Of a stretch of DNA of 64,000 nt, positions 1 through 10,303 are shown in pieces; position 1 is the first letter of the stretch, and each line of letters starts with the position of its first letter. A program made the translations under genes and the position numbers. The DNA comes from Thermoanaerobaculia bacterium (GTDB taxonomy: Bacteria > Acidobacteriota > Thermoanaerobaculia > Multivoradales > Multivoraceae), in assembly GCA_963664405.1 (NCBI GenBank), contig OY761158.1, forward strand, positions 4,992,001-5,056,000. The letters are read 5' to 3'. The notes under the pieces are model-generated. The model was not told the origin of the DNA, did not search any database, and saw only the letters and a list, made by a program, of their open reading frames with translations.

Positions 1-1835
1 GCCTCGTCGTATCTGCCGGAACTGTAGAGAACCATAGCGATCCCGGTCTGAGAAAGGGGGTCGAGTGGATCCGCCTCGACAGCCCTCTCGAACTGAGCGA
101 GAGCTTCATCGAATCGCCTCATCCACCACAACCGCCAGGCGGACCAGCGGTGCGCATCTCCGCTGTCAGGACTCAAGGCCAGCGCCCGCCCGAAGGAGCT
201 CTCGGCTCCGGCCCAGTCCCTTCTGTACGTCACTCTCATGATGCCTCGCATCACATGTACTTCCGCCAAGCTGCTATTCAACTCGATGGACCGATCGATG
301 GCGGACCGCGCGATGGGATACGCCTCCGTCGGGGGGATCTCGAACATCGGGCCGGCCCCCCCCATGAACATCGTTGCACCCGCAAGCGTGAAGTAAGCCT
401 CCGCGTACTCCGCATCGAGCTCGATCGCCTGCTTCGAGTATTCGACGGCTGTCTGAAGGTCCGGAACAGTGAGTTTGTGGAAGTGATAGCGCGCTTTCAG
501 ATAGAGCGTGAAGGCCTCTCGGTTTCTCGTGCGCCGCTTCACGAGATTCTCGCTGTCGGTGCCGAACAGCTGCACCCTGAGCTCGTCGACGATCGCTAGC
601 GTGATCTCGTCCTGGATTGCGAAGACATCTTCCAGCTCTCTGTCATAGCGCTGGGACCACAGGTGGTAACCATCGCTGACATTGACGAGCTGCGCCGTGA
701 CCCGAATCCGCGCGCCAGCCTTTCGAACGCTTCCTTCGAGCACGGATCGGACCCCCAGCTCCTTCCCGATCTCGCGAACATCGACATCGCGGCCTTTGAA
801 CGAGAAGGCCGAAGTCCGTGCGACGACGTGCAGGTTCTCGAGCTGTGTCAAGGCGTTGATGAGCTCCTCCGCCATGCCGTCACAGAAATACTCCTGTTCC
901 GGGTCGGCGCTCATGTTGGCAAAGGGAAGCACAGCGATCGAAGGTCGCTTCCCGTGGTGTTGCTCTCCTCGACCGCCCCCGGATCTCTCTTCCAGGGCCT
1001 CGAGCTCGATCGCTAGGTCTCGGGCGGATTGCCACCGTCGATCCGGATTCTTGTCGAGGCATCTGCTCACAATCCAATCCAGTCGAGGCGGGGATAGAGG
1101 TTGGTGTCTCGACGGGGGATCTGGATCCGAGCGCAGAATGGAAGCGATCAGATCCGCCTGGCTGTCTCCGCTGAAGGGCCGCGATCCAGAAACCAACTCG
1201 TGAACGATGCAGCCGAGCGCCCAGATATCAGCCCGAGCGTCGACTTGTCCGCCCTGCAACTGCTCCGGAGCCATGTAGGGCATCGTGCCGAAGATGTGTC
1301 CTTCCTCCGTTATCGCTGCCGCCATTGTGGTCGCCTCGGTGTCGACTACCTCGCGGTCGGCACTGCCTCGCGCAAGGCCGAAGTCGACAACCTTCGCTCC
1401 CGTTACAGTCAGCATCACATTGCCCGGCTTGAGGTCGCGATGGACGACAGCCCTCCGATGAGCCGCCTCGATCGCCTCGGCGATCTCCCCCGCGACTCGA
1501 AGAGCCTCCTTGATGGGGAGCGCACCCTTTTTCAGCCGATCTTCGAGCGTTTCCCCCTCTAGGTATTCCATGACGAGGTAGTCGAGCCCGTTCTCTGAGC
1601 CGACGTCGTACAGCGTGCATATGTTTGGGTGCTGCAGCTGGGAGATGGTCTTCGCCTCCCGCTCGAAACGCCTCTTGAAGGTGGCGTCCTTGCTCAGTGA
1701 GGAAGGCAGGACCTTGACGGCGACATCACGGCCGAGACGGGTATCACGAGCCCGATACACCTCCCCCATGCCGCCCTTGCCGCGCAGCTCGACGATCTCG
1801 TAGGGACCGAGGCGGGAGCCTGGTTCTAGAGCCAT
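1..1835 (-). CDS. K1: Ser/Thr protein kinase with TolB-N-like and TPR domains, cytoplasmic type (runs off the window edge)
   Basis: Manual translation from ATG 1835: MALEPGSRLGPYEIVELRGKGGMGEVY, VAVK, HRDLKPGN, DFG, APE; then SIAVLPFANMSADPEQEYFCDGMAEELI (TolB-N-like) and TPR-like helices. Absent from the ORF track because there is no stop in the window. Confidence 0.93.
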   Translation of the reverse strand, partial: MALEPGSRLGPYEIVELRGKGGMGEVYRARDTRLGRDVAVKVLPSSLSKDATFKRRFEREAKTISQLQHPNICTLYDVGSENGLDYLVMEYLEGETLEDRLKKGALPIKEALRVAGEIAEAIEAAHRRAVVHRDLKPGNVMLTVTGAKVVDFGLARGSADREVVDTEATTMAAAITEEGHIFGTMPYMAPEQLQGGQVDARADIWALGCIVHELVSGSRPFSGDSQADLIASILRSDPDPPSRHQPLSPPRLDWIVSRCLDKNPDRRWQSARDLAIELEALEERSGGGRGEQHHGKRPSIAVLPFANMSADPEQEYFCDGMAEELINALTQLENLHVVARTSAFSFKGRDVDVREIGKELGVRSVLEGSVRKAGARIRVTAQLVNVSDGYHLWSQRYDRELEDVFAIQDEITLAIVDELRVQLFGTDSENLVKRRTRNREAFTLYLKARYHFHKLTVPDLQTAVEYSKQAIELDAEYAEAYFTLAGATMFMGGAGPMFEIPPTEAYPIARSAIDRSIELNSSLAEVHVMRGIMRVTYRRDWAGAESSFGRALALSPDSGDAHRWSAWRLWWMRRFDEALAQFERAVEADPLDPLSQTGIAMVLYSSGRYDE

Positions 1836-1841
1836 GAGTTG
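1765..1841. repeat. 77-bp exact repeat (5' end of K1), identical to 7389-7465
   Basis: Direct base-by-base comparison. Confidence 0.9.
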
Positions 1842-1894
1842 AATAGAAGTCTACCGCCCACGGGCGCTATGGCCGAGCACGAGGATCACACCCG

Positions 1895-1987
1895 TGTCGC
1901 AGAGCACCCACAAAGACGACATCGCGCCGATTTTGGGGTCTATCGTCCTTCAGCTATGCCTGTCGTGGTCCGCCACATATTGCGACA
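1895..1987. promoter_or_regulatory. Pair of TGTCGY-N15-RCGACA palindromes (1895-1921, 1961-1987)
   Basis: tgtcgc-agagcacccacaaag-acgaca and tgtcgt-ggtccgccacatatt-gcgaca, 66 bp apart, upstream of K1. Function is inferred. Confidence 0.7.
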
Positions 1988-1991
1988 TCTC

Positions 1992-4682
1992 TCAGTCGGT
2001 TGGCACGAGGCGTTTCAGCTCCTCTAGCCAATTCAGGACGACGGTAATCGTCATGGTTTCGGTCTCCTCTACCTCAGGAATTGCAAGCATGAGGAAGCGG
2101 CCGTCGCGGGCGACATCGTAGTTCGGAAAGTGATCTTCCTGTGAGAAATATGGGTGGCTCCAGAGCTCAATCGGCTCGTCATGTAGCAGTTCGGGTTCGG
2201 TCTCGATTTCCACAGCCATCATCCGGTCCCGGACGCGGTAGTACAGCTCGTCTCCCGTCGATGACCACACCGGCTGACTACCGCCGCCTTGGGATATTTG
2301 TTCCGCCCTTTCCGTTCCAGGATAGCGTCGAACCCAGACCTCGGACTGCCCAGTCTCATCAGAGCTATAGACGATCCAACCCCCTTGTGGAGCGAATTTC
2401 GGAGAAGCGGCATCGTAGGTCGCGTCCGTCAGTGGCTCGGGCAAGCCTCCCCGGGGCAGGACCCATATCCTCGAACCGTCGGCAGATACTTCCCGGAATG
2501 CCAGGGATTCCCCATCGGGTGACCACGATCGGGGCATCTGATAGTTGTCGCGAAGAAGCACTTCTGTGCGTACGGCATCTTCATCCACACGCTTCTCGAA
2601 CATGTCCCCGTTCACGGTATAGGTCAGTGTTTCACCGTCGGGTCTCCATGCAGGGTTGTACTCGATCTCGTCCTCCCCCACCGGGAACGCCCCGCTCCCG
2701 TCGATGTTCATGACCCAGACCTTGCCGATTCCGTGAGCGTCGGTTCGGGAGGTCGCGAGCCGATCGCCCGCCGGAGAGATCTGCAGATCGAAGTACAGCC
2801 CCAGTGGCGCATCGATGAGCGTCTCGTGGCCCTCTCGATCCACCCAGGCGGGCTGTCTTTCCAGACCCATTGTGCCTTGCACAAAAACCAGATCTCCGGT
2901 CGGTGAGAGATCGAAAGAAGCGTGCTCCAGCCCCGCACTATTGCCGGCTGCGATGCCGTCCTCCGCCGTCTGTATTCGACCCATTTCAAGAGTGTCCAGG
3001 TCGAATGAAACCAGCCGTAGGTTCCCGTTCTGCGTAAATGCAATGTATCCGGGCGACAGATATCGTGGCTCCGATCCCGACAGGCCGAGATCGACCCAGT
3101 CGCCTGTGTCGAGCGACAAACGAGCGATTCGCGATCCGTCCTTCGTTCCAATTGCAAACAGCACCGTCGTGCCGTCAGGCAGGAATTCAGGATGTCCGTG
3201 AGCGATCTGACCGCCTCCTGGATCCGGAATTGTGAGCGGTCGGGGAGCACCTCCCGTTAGGGAGACTTGGACGAGCCCGGATGGAATGCCATTGCCGAAG
3301 ATGATCAGGTCATCCGGTCCCCAGGCGACGCCGTAGACAGGCCCTACGCTGGCGATATCCAGTGGTGCGCCACCTCCAACTGGAACTCTTTGTAGTTTTC
3401 CGTTGGCCGTAAACCCCACCCACGCACCATTGGGGGAGAAGAAAAGATCTTGCGCCCCTTCGGTTCCGGCCAGAAGCGTACCCTCGCCTTCGGCCATGGC
3501 TCGGACGAATATCTGACGGACCGGTTCACGTCCTTCTTCTCCGGAGGGTGCTACCCGGGTTGAGAGGTAGGCGATGCGTGACCCGTCTGGCGAGATAGCA
3601 ATCGGACCATCGACCCCAGACCCGATCCCCTGATTTGCGCCCAACGGAACGTCAAACGAAAAGCGAACCGTTGGAGAGTAAACGGACCGATCGGTGGCGA
3701 AGTTCCATGCGGCGAATCCGGCCACCAGCACGCCGAGCGCGAAAGCGATGCCCCATGTCAGGCCACTTGGCGATCTGGTTCGAGTCGCGGTCTGGGAGTG
3801 AGCTCCCGGCTCCTCAGCGTCGGCAGCGTCATCGCCGACCGCCTGAAGCTCGATGCCCACATCCAAGGCCGACTGCCAGCGTCGCTCGGGGTCTTTGGCC
3901 AGACAGCGGGACACCACCCAGTCGAGACGTCGTGGAGCGAGCTCTTGGACCACGCTCAGCGGTCGAGGCTCGGAGGCCATGATGGCGGTGGTCAGACTCG
4001 CCTGGTTGTCGCCCTGGAAGGGCCGCTCGCCGGTGATCATCTCGTAGAGCACGCAGCCCAGGGCCCAAATGTCGGTGCGGGCATCGGTGTCCTTGCCTTC
4101 GAGCTGTTCCGGTGCCATGTAGAGCTGCGTGCCGAGGATCGAGCCCTGACCGGTGATCGGCTGCATCCTCGTTGGTGACTGAGTGTTGGCCGCTTGTGGT
4201 TCCGGCTCGATGCTCTTCGCCAGTCCGAAGTCCAGCACTTTGACGCCGGTCTTGGTCAGCATCACGTTGCCGGGCTTCAAATCCCGATGCACGATTTCTG
4301 CCTTGTGGGCGGCGTCGATCGCTGCGCCGATCTGGCTGCCGATCTCGAGCGCTCGGGCGATCGGTAGAGCGCCCTTCTCGAGGAGCTTCTCCAGGGTCTC
4401 GCCTTCCGCCACCTCCATGACCAGGAAGCGAGTGCCGCCGGCTGCTTCGAAGCTATAGAGCGTGGCGATGTTCGGGTGCTTGAGGCCGGCCAGGACCTTG
4501 GCCTCGCGCTCGAAGCGAGCCAGCCGGTCAGCATCTTCGGAAACCTCATCGAGAAGCAGCTTGATCGCTACTTCCCGCCCGAGCTTGGTGTCTTTGGCTC
4601 GGTAGACCTCTCCCATTCCCCCAGCACCGAGGGAAGAGACGACCTCATAGTGGCCAAGCTTCGTGCCTGCTTCTAGCGCCAT
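1992..4682 (-). CDS. K2: Ser/Thr kinase + TM helix + TolB/PD40-like beta-propeller
   Basis: 896 aa; GAGGMGEV, VAIK, HRDLKPGN, DFG, APE; hydrophobic segment; repeated SPDG/WSPDG blades; ends VVLNWLEELKRLVPTD. Confidence 0.95.
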   Translation of the reverse strand: MALEAGTKLGHYEVVSSLGAGGMGEVYRAKDTKLGREVAIKLLLDEVSEDADRLARFEREAKVLAGLKHPNIATLYSFEAAGGTRFLVMEVAEGETLEKLLEKGALPIARALEIGSQIGAAIDAAHKAEIVHRDLKPGNVMLTKTGVKVLDFGLAKSIEPEPQAANTQSPTRMQPITGQGSILGTQLYMAPEQLEGKDTDARTDIWALGCVLYEMITGERPFQGDNQASLTTAIMASEPRPLSVVQELAPRRLDWVVSRCLAKDPERRWQSALDVGIELQAVGDDAADAEEPGAHSQTATRTRSPSGLTWGIAFALGVLVAGFAAWNFATDRSVYSPTVRFSFDVPLGANQGIGSGVDGPIAISPDGSRIAYLSTRVAPSGEEGREPVRQIFVRAMAEGEGTLLAGTEGAQDLFFSPNGAWVGFTANGKLQRVPVGGGAPLDIASVGPVYGVAWGPDDLIIFGNGIPSGLVQVSLTGGAPRPLTIPDPGGGQIAHGHPEFLPDGTTVLFAIGTKDGSRIARLSLDTGDWVDLGLSGSEPRYLSPGYIAFTQNGNLRLVSFDLDTLEMGRIQTAEDGIAAGNSAGLEHASFDLSPTGDLVFVQGTMGLERQPAWVDREGHETLIDAPLGLYFDLQISPAGDRLATSRTDAHGIGKVWVMNIDGSGAFPVGEDEIEYNPAWRPDGETLTYTVNGDMFEKRVDEDAVRTEVLLRDNYQMPRSWSPDGESLAFREVSADGSRIWVLPRGGLPEPLTDATYDAASPKFAPQGGWIVYSSDETGQSEVWVRRYPGTERAEQISQGGGSQPVWSSTGDELYYRVRDRMMAVEIETEPELLHDEPIELWSHPYFSQEDHFPNYDVARDGRFLMLAIPEVEETETMTITVVLNWLEELKRLVPTD

Positions 4683-4743
4683 GCGAGTGGCGAGAGTCTA
4701 CCGCTCGACTGCCTTCAACGACTTATAGGCCGATCGCGATACT

Positions 4744-4770
4744 TGTCGCGGTCCGCCACCAAAGGCGACA
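4744..4770. promoter_or_regulatory. TGTCGC-N15-GCGACA palindrome upstream of K2
   Basis: tgtcgc-ggtccgccaccaaag-gcgaca. Confidence 0.7.
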
Positions 4771-4780
4771 AGGCCCGCGC

Positions 4781-7459
4781 TCACGAGCCCCCCTCGGAGA
4801 ACATCTCGAGCACCTTGGCCCGCCAGTTCTGGACCAGGATCACTTTTTCCTCCTGGTCCTCAGCGGCCTCGACCATCAGGAAGCGGCCGTCCGGATGCAC
4901 ACCGTAGTTGATGATGCCTAGGTTCGGACCCCTTCGGAACCGATCTTCGAACAGGGTCTCAGGCCGCCCGATGACCAACTCACTGCCCTTCTTCTCGATC
5001 GGGATGGTCATCATGTGGGTCGGGCCGCGGTAGAAGATCTCGTCTCCCGAAGAGGACCATGCCGCTTCCTGGCCGCCTTCGAAGGTGAGCTGGCGCGGCT
5101 CCCCTGGGCCCGGGAAGGGGATCAGCCACAGCTGCGACATAGCGTCGACGGGGTCGAATCCGGCGTAGGCGATCCAGTCCCCATCGGGGTGGAAGCCTCC
5201 CGAGCGAACGAAGACACTGTCGTCGACCACAGAGCGTACCTCGCCGCTACTGCGGTCGAGGGCGACAAACCCCTCCTCGAAGAAGTGGTAGAGCAACACC
5301 CAGCGCCCGTCGGCGGAGACGCCGAAATAGGATTGAGCCTGCTCGGAGGGCAGTAGCCTCTGCGCCGGGGCGCTACGATCGGCCGGCTGGAAAAACACCT
5401 GTGCGTAGTCGTCGACGCGATTCGCCACGAAGAAGATCTCTTTGCCGTCTGGCGGGATCTCTGTCGCGACCGAAGTGGAGCCCGTCTGAGCCGGTCGGCT
5501 CCACGAGCCGGTGGCGAGGTCGAGGGCCCATTGCTCGTTGCCGTCGCCGGCCGAGTTTCGCGAGTGGACCGAGATCCTGTGACCATCGAGGGATGGCCTG
5601 GGAACGGCGAAGGCCTTGATCTCAGGAGCCACCGGCTCGACCTCGCCGCCGCCGCGGTTCACCCACACCAGCCGAGACTGGTTGCTCACCTGCCCTCTCA
5701 CGTAGACGAGATCACCGGACTTTTGAACGTCGAAGCGACCAATGTCGACCGGAATCCCGGGCACGCGAGCTACCTCGGTTTCGACTTGTCGAGGCGGAGC
5801 CGCGAGCTCTCCGGTCACCGAGTCGATGGGAGCCGCCCACAGCGCTCCGCTTCGATAGAAGGCCATCAACCCCGGTTCGACGTAGGTGGCCGCGGCGCCT
5901 TGCGTGAGCACCCGCCCCTCGCCGGTCCCCAGATCCACGGCGACGAGGTCGGCCCAGAACCCTTCTCTTCGATCCTGCGGCAGAGTCGCCAGCAGAGTTT
6001 GACCTCCGGGGAGGAGAGCGGTTGCCATGCCATCACCGATACGCTCGGGCTCGCCGCCGGTAACCGCGACTCGCCAGATCTCGGCTTCGTTTGGGTTAGT
6101 GCGCGATGGTACATGAGTGTAGTAAATGGAGCCGTCCTCTCCCCACGGCCCTGGACTAAAGACGTTCTCCGCGATCGTCGTGGCTCCTCCTCCCTCGACA
6201 GCTACCGTTTTCAGCTTGCCACTGCTGTCAACGAAGACCAGATTCCCGCCGTCGGGGGAGAAGAAGGCAAATCCTCCAGCTCCCTCAGTCCCCGAGATCG
6301 GTTGCGGAAACAGCGAATCGAGGGAGCGACGAGCCAGGATAGATCCGCCACCGGCCTGCTGTTGCGGGAATACCAGAGTACGCCCGTCAGGCGAGATCGT
6401 CGCGAGTCCTTCGTCGGCCGCGATGTCGAGGGTCGTCACGGTCCAGACCTCCGCGCCGCCCTCGACCGCCGGCACATTCGAGCCGCGAGGAAATGCGAAG
6501 CCGATTACCATCCCGACCAGGAGAACGAGGCCCCCGGCCAGGGCGGCGACTCGCGGACGCAGGGCCCGGTCGGCGGTGCCTCCTGTAGGCGCCGCCGTCT
6601 CGGTCCCCTGGTCGAGGCCGCCCAGCTCCAGCGCCACATCGCGCGCCGACTGCCAACGCCGATCGGGATCCTTGTCGAGACAGCGCTCGATCACCCAGTC
6701 GAAGCGGGCCGGCGCGAGCGGCTGGAGCTCCGACAGAGCGCGCACCCGACCGGTCATGATCGACGCGATCAAGCTGGCCTGAGAGGTCCCCTCGAACGGC
6801 CTTGCCCCGCTGGCCATCTCGTAAAGCACGGCGCCAAGGCCCCAGATGTCGCTGCGAGTGTCTGCCTCCTTACCTTCGAGCTGCTCGGGCGCCATGTATT
6901 GCAGCGTGCCGAGAATCGAGCCTTCGCTGGTCAGTGGCTGGGTGATGGTCGGCGTCTGCGTGCTCCCGCTAAGGGCACCGACCTGGACTCCCTTGGCGAG
7001 GCCGAAGTCGAGCACCTTGGCTCCCTCGCGAGTCAACATCACATTGCCGGGCTTGAGATCGCGGTGGACCACTCCCTGGCGATGAGCGGCGTCGATGGCC
7101 TCGGCGATCTGGGATCCGATCGTCGCCACCTCATCCAGCGGCAGGGCGCCGCGTCGAAGCCGGTCCTCGAGGGTCTCTCCCTCCAGGTACTCCATGACCA
7201 GGTAATCGACACCGTCCTCGCTGCCGATGTCGTAGAGCGTGCAGACATGGGGATGGGTCAGCTGCGAGATGGTCTTCGCTTCGCGCTCCAGCCGCTGACG
7301 GTAGAGCGTGTCCTGCCCGAGCTCCTCAGGTAGCACCTTGATGGCGACATCCCGCTCCAGGCGTGTGTCACGACCCAGGTACACCTCTCCCATGCCGCCC
7401 TTGCCGCGCAGCTCGACGATCTCGTAGGGACCGAGGCGGGAGCCTGGTTCTAGAGCCAT
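4781..7459 (-). CDS. K3: Ser/Thr kinase + TM helix + TolB/PD40-like beta-propeller
   Basis: ORF 4781..7540, with start reassigned to ATG 7459 (MALEPGSRLGPY, matching K1); complete kinase motifs; SPDG repeats. Confidence 0.95.
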   Translation of the reverse strand: MALEPGSRLGPYEIVELRGKGGMGEVYLGRDTRLERDVAIKVLPEELGQDTLYRQRLEREAKTISQLTHPHVCTLYDIGSEDGVDYLVMEYLEGETLEDRLRRGALPLDEVATIGSQIAEAIDAAHRQGVVHRDLKPGNVMLTREGAKVLDFGLAKGVQVGALSGSTQTPTITQPLTSEGSILGTLQYMAPEQLEGKEADTRSDIWGLGAVLYEMASGARPFEGTSQASLIASIMTGRVRALSELQPLAPARFDWVIERCLDKDPDRRWQSARDVALELGGLDQGTETAAPTGGTADRALRPRVAALAGGLVLLVGMVIGFAFPRGSNVPAVEGGAEVWTVTTLDIAADEGLATISPDGRTLVFPQQQAGGGSILARRSLDSLFPQPISGTEGAGGFAFFSPDGGNLVFVDSSGKLKTVAVEGGGATTIAENVFSPGPWGEDGSIYYTHVPSRTNPNEAEIWRVAVTGGEPERIGDGMATALLPGGQTLLATLPQDRREGFWADLVAVDLGTGEGRVLTQGAAATYVEPGLMAFYRSGALWAAPIDSVTGELAAPPRQVETEVARVPGIPVDIGRFDVQKSGDLVYVRGQVSNQSRLVWVNRGGGEVEPVAPEIKAFAVPRPSLDGHRISVHSRNSAGDGNEQWALDLATGSWSRPAQTGSTSVATEIPPDGKEIFFVANRVDDYAQVFFQPADRSAPAQRLLPSEQAQSYFGVSADGRWVLLYHFFEEGFVALDRSSGEVRSVVDDSVFVRSGGFHPDGDWIAYAGFDPVDAMSQLWLIPFPGPGEPRQLTFEGGQEAAWSSSGDEIFYRGPTHMMTIPIEKKGSELVIGRPETLFEDRFRRGPNLGIINYGVHPDGRFLMVEAAEDQEEKVILVQNWRAKVLEMFSEGGS

Positions 7460-7465
7460 GAGTTG
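7389..7465. repeat. 77-bp exact repeat (5' end of K3), identical to 1765-1841
   Basis: Direct comparison. Confidence 0.9.
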
Positions 7466-7517
7466 GCGACATCTTACAGTCGCCCGGTGGATCAGCGGCT
7501 CAGAGCTCGAATTGTGT

Positions 7518-7610
7518 TGTCGCACCTCACCATATTTCACGACAGCCCCTCTCCTCAGAGGCTTATTCGTTTTCGGCTATACGTGTCGTGGTGCGCCCCA
7601 AAGTGCGACA
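7518..7610. promoter_or_regulatory. Pair of TGTCGY-N15-RCGACA palindromes (7518-7544, 7584-7610)
   Basis: tgtcgc-acctcaccatatttc-acgaca and tgtcgt-ggtgcgccccaaagt-gcgaca, again 66 bp apart, upstream of K3. Confidence 0.7.
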
Positions 7611-7614
7611 TCTT

Positions 7615-10303
7615 TCAGTCTGTGGGCACGAGGCGCTTCAGCTCCTCGAACCAGTTCTGGACCAGGACGACGTCATTGCGCTCGCCCCCCTCGGTCGTCT
7701 CCAGTGGTTTGACCATCAGGAACCTCTCGCCGTCCGGGTGGATGTCGTACATGCGACCGACGGAGACGGCATAGTTTCCCGTGAAGATCACTTCAGGTTT
7801 CCCGGGCTCGAACGAGGGCTCGGTCCTGACCGGCACCGCCATCAACCGATCGCCGGCACGATAGAAGATCTCGCTGCCGTCCGGCGACCACAGCGGTTCG
7901 GTGCCGCCTCCGGCCGAGATCGGAAAACGGCCACCGGCTTCTACGTCGGGAAACGGCCTCACATAGATTCGGTCTTCGTCCGCCGATTCGTCCGACTGGT
8001 AGACCAACCACCGGCCATCGGGTGAGATTTCTCCATTCAGCTCACGGAACTCCGAGGCTAGAAGCGGTTTCGGCGATCCTTCGCCTTCCAGCGACAGCAC
8101 TCCCAGATCGAACCCTGACGTCACTCCGACGCGGTAAAGCAGGGCCTTGCCGTCTGGGGAGATCGACGACGGATATAGATACTCCGCGAACTCGATAAGG
8201 AGCTTCACTGTTCCCGTTCCGTCAAACGCTCGCTGGTAGAACCCCAGGGTCCCGTCACGGTCGGAGACGAACACCACTTCCCGGCTGTCACGAGTCCAGA
8301 CCGGATACACGTCTATTGCCGGATCAGCGGTCAGCCGGTCCAGAGGAGACTCCCGCGTGAGGTCCCAGATCCACACGTCCTGGTCTTCATCGCGGGAAGA
8401 GACCGCCACCCGCTGTCCATCCGGAGAGATTCGGGGATAGATGTAGAACCGGGGTGGGGCCGAGAGAGCCGCCTCTCGTCCGTCGCGTCCCACCCAGACA
8501 AGGGTCCGTTGCGCCCCTCCCCCCATGCCACCGGTGACGTACACCAAGGACCCGTCCTGCGAGAAGTCGAAGTTCACAACACCAAAGGTCTTGGTGTTGA
8601 CGCCTTCTAGGACAGGGACCGGATCTCCCCGCACTTCCAGACTCCCCGCATCGAAGGCCACCGCATGAAGCGTACCGTTCAGCCCATAGACCAGGTGCCC
8701 GGTGGGCACGTACCGGGCACCGGCACCTCCAAAGACCAGGTCCTTCCGCTCCCCGGTGGTGAGAGATTGAGCCACGATCTGCGCGTCGTCGACGTTCGAG
8801 CTCGTAAAGACCGCAAAGAGAACGGCTTCGCCACCCGGTAGAACCTCGGGAAAACGATAGGAAAGCTCTCCTTTATCGGGATCTAGCGCGACCAGCCGCT
8901 CCAGTTCACCGCCTCCCCCCGACACCCGATAGAGCCCCTCGTTGAGGAAGCCAAGGACAATGGTGTCGTCCGCGCCCCAGCTCGCGCCGAGAAGAATAGA
9001 GGGTAGTTCGCACAAAGTCACCGTTGGCCCCCCGAGAATGGGGACTTTCTTAAGAGTCCCGCCGGACTCGAAGGCGACCCAGGCCCCGTCGGGCGAGAGG
9101 AAGGGAGACTCAGCGTCCTCCGTTCCTCGCAGCTCGGAGCCAACGATGCGGTCCACCCAGCGAACATAGAGAGAGCCTTCGCTCTTGTAGACCACCACCC
9201 GACCATTGCGTGCCATCGCCAGATCGCGAGCAATGGGAAGAGAACCCGTCATCGGCGCGCTGGGAGCGGCGCTCAGCACCGCACGAACGACGGGGCGCTC
9301 GGGTGGTGCGGGCTTCAGGGTCCAGACGGCGATGCCAGCGATCACCGCGCCGGCAGCGAGGGTGGCGAGGGCCAAAGGTACAGGACTGCGCTCTTCCGCC
9401 GCGGCCGCGCCGGGCGTCGGCTCATCGCTCTCGGGAGCCTCGATGACGGTTTCGATTTCCATCAGGGCATCACCGATGTCTCGCAGCCGTTGTCGTGGAT
9501 CCTTGCGTAAACACCGCTCAAGCAATTCGCGTAGTCTTCGAGGAACGCTTGCGGGGAGCGGGTCCCAGCTCGGCACATCGCGCAACACAGCGCCTACTGT
9601 CTCCATCGCATCTTCGCCCTCGAACAAGCGTTGTCCAACAAGGGCCTCGTAGAGACAAACACCGAAGGCCCAGACGTCGGTGCGCTTGTCGACTGCCTTC
9701 CCCCGAGCCTGCTCGGGCGACATGTAGGCAGCAGTCCCGAGGATTTCACCGCGCTGTGTCGCAGCTAGCGTCAGCGTTGGCGACATCGACATCGAGGCGT
9801 CACCCGACTCGCCGACATCTCCGACCATTGCCTTGGCCAACCCGAAGTCAAGGATCTTGACGTTGCCGTCGTCGGTGACCTTGATGTTGGCGGGCTTGAG
9901 GTCGCGATGAATGACGCCCTTGTCGTGAGCAGCTTCTAGCCCTTCCGCGATCTGGAGGAACAGCGGCAGAGCCTCCTCGACCGCAATAGGCCCTCGACTG
10001 ATCCTCTCCGCAAGGGTCTCGCCCTCGACCAGTTCCATGACCAGGAAATTGGTGTCTCCGTCCTTCTCGAAGCCGTGGAGCGTAGCGATGTTGTTGTGGT
10101 TCAGAGAAGCAAGGACGCGGGCTTCCCGCTCGAACCTCGCGAGCCGTTCTGGATCGGTCGACACCTCCTCCAACAGCAGCTTGATCGCGACCTCACGACC
10201 GAGCTTCGTGTCCTTCGCCCGGTACACCTCTCCCATGCCTCCCGCACCGAGGGAAGAGACCACTTCGTAGTGGCCGAGCTTTGTGCCTGCTTTCTAATGC
10301 CAT
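7615..10303 (-). CDS. K4: Ser/Thr kinase + TM helix + TolB/PD40-like beta-propeller, with a +1 frameshift after codon 4
   Basis: ORF 7615..10263. Removing one A from GAAAGC (10291-10293) restores MALEAGTKLGHYEVV from ATG 10303, as in K2. HRDLKPAN, DFG, SPE; ends NWFEELKRLVPTD. Confidence 0.9.

Noticed and set aside
5531-7333. 600-aa plus-strand ORF and similar long antisense ORFs (10615, 26639, 31877, 33305, 34871, 53474, 62921)
   Set aside because: They are shadow frames opposite well-supported genes in GC-rich DNA and have no recognisable motifs.
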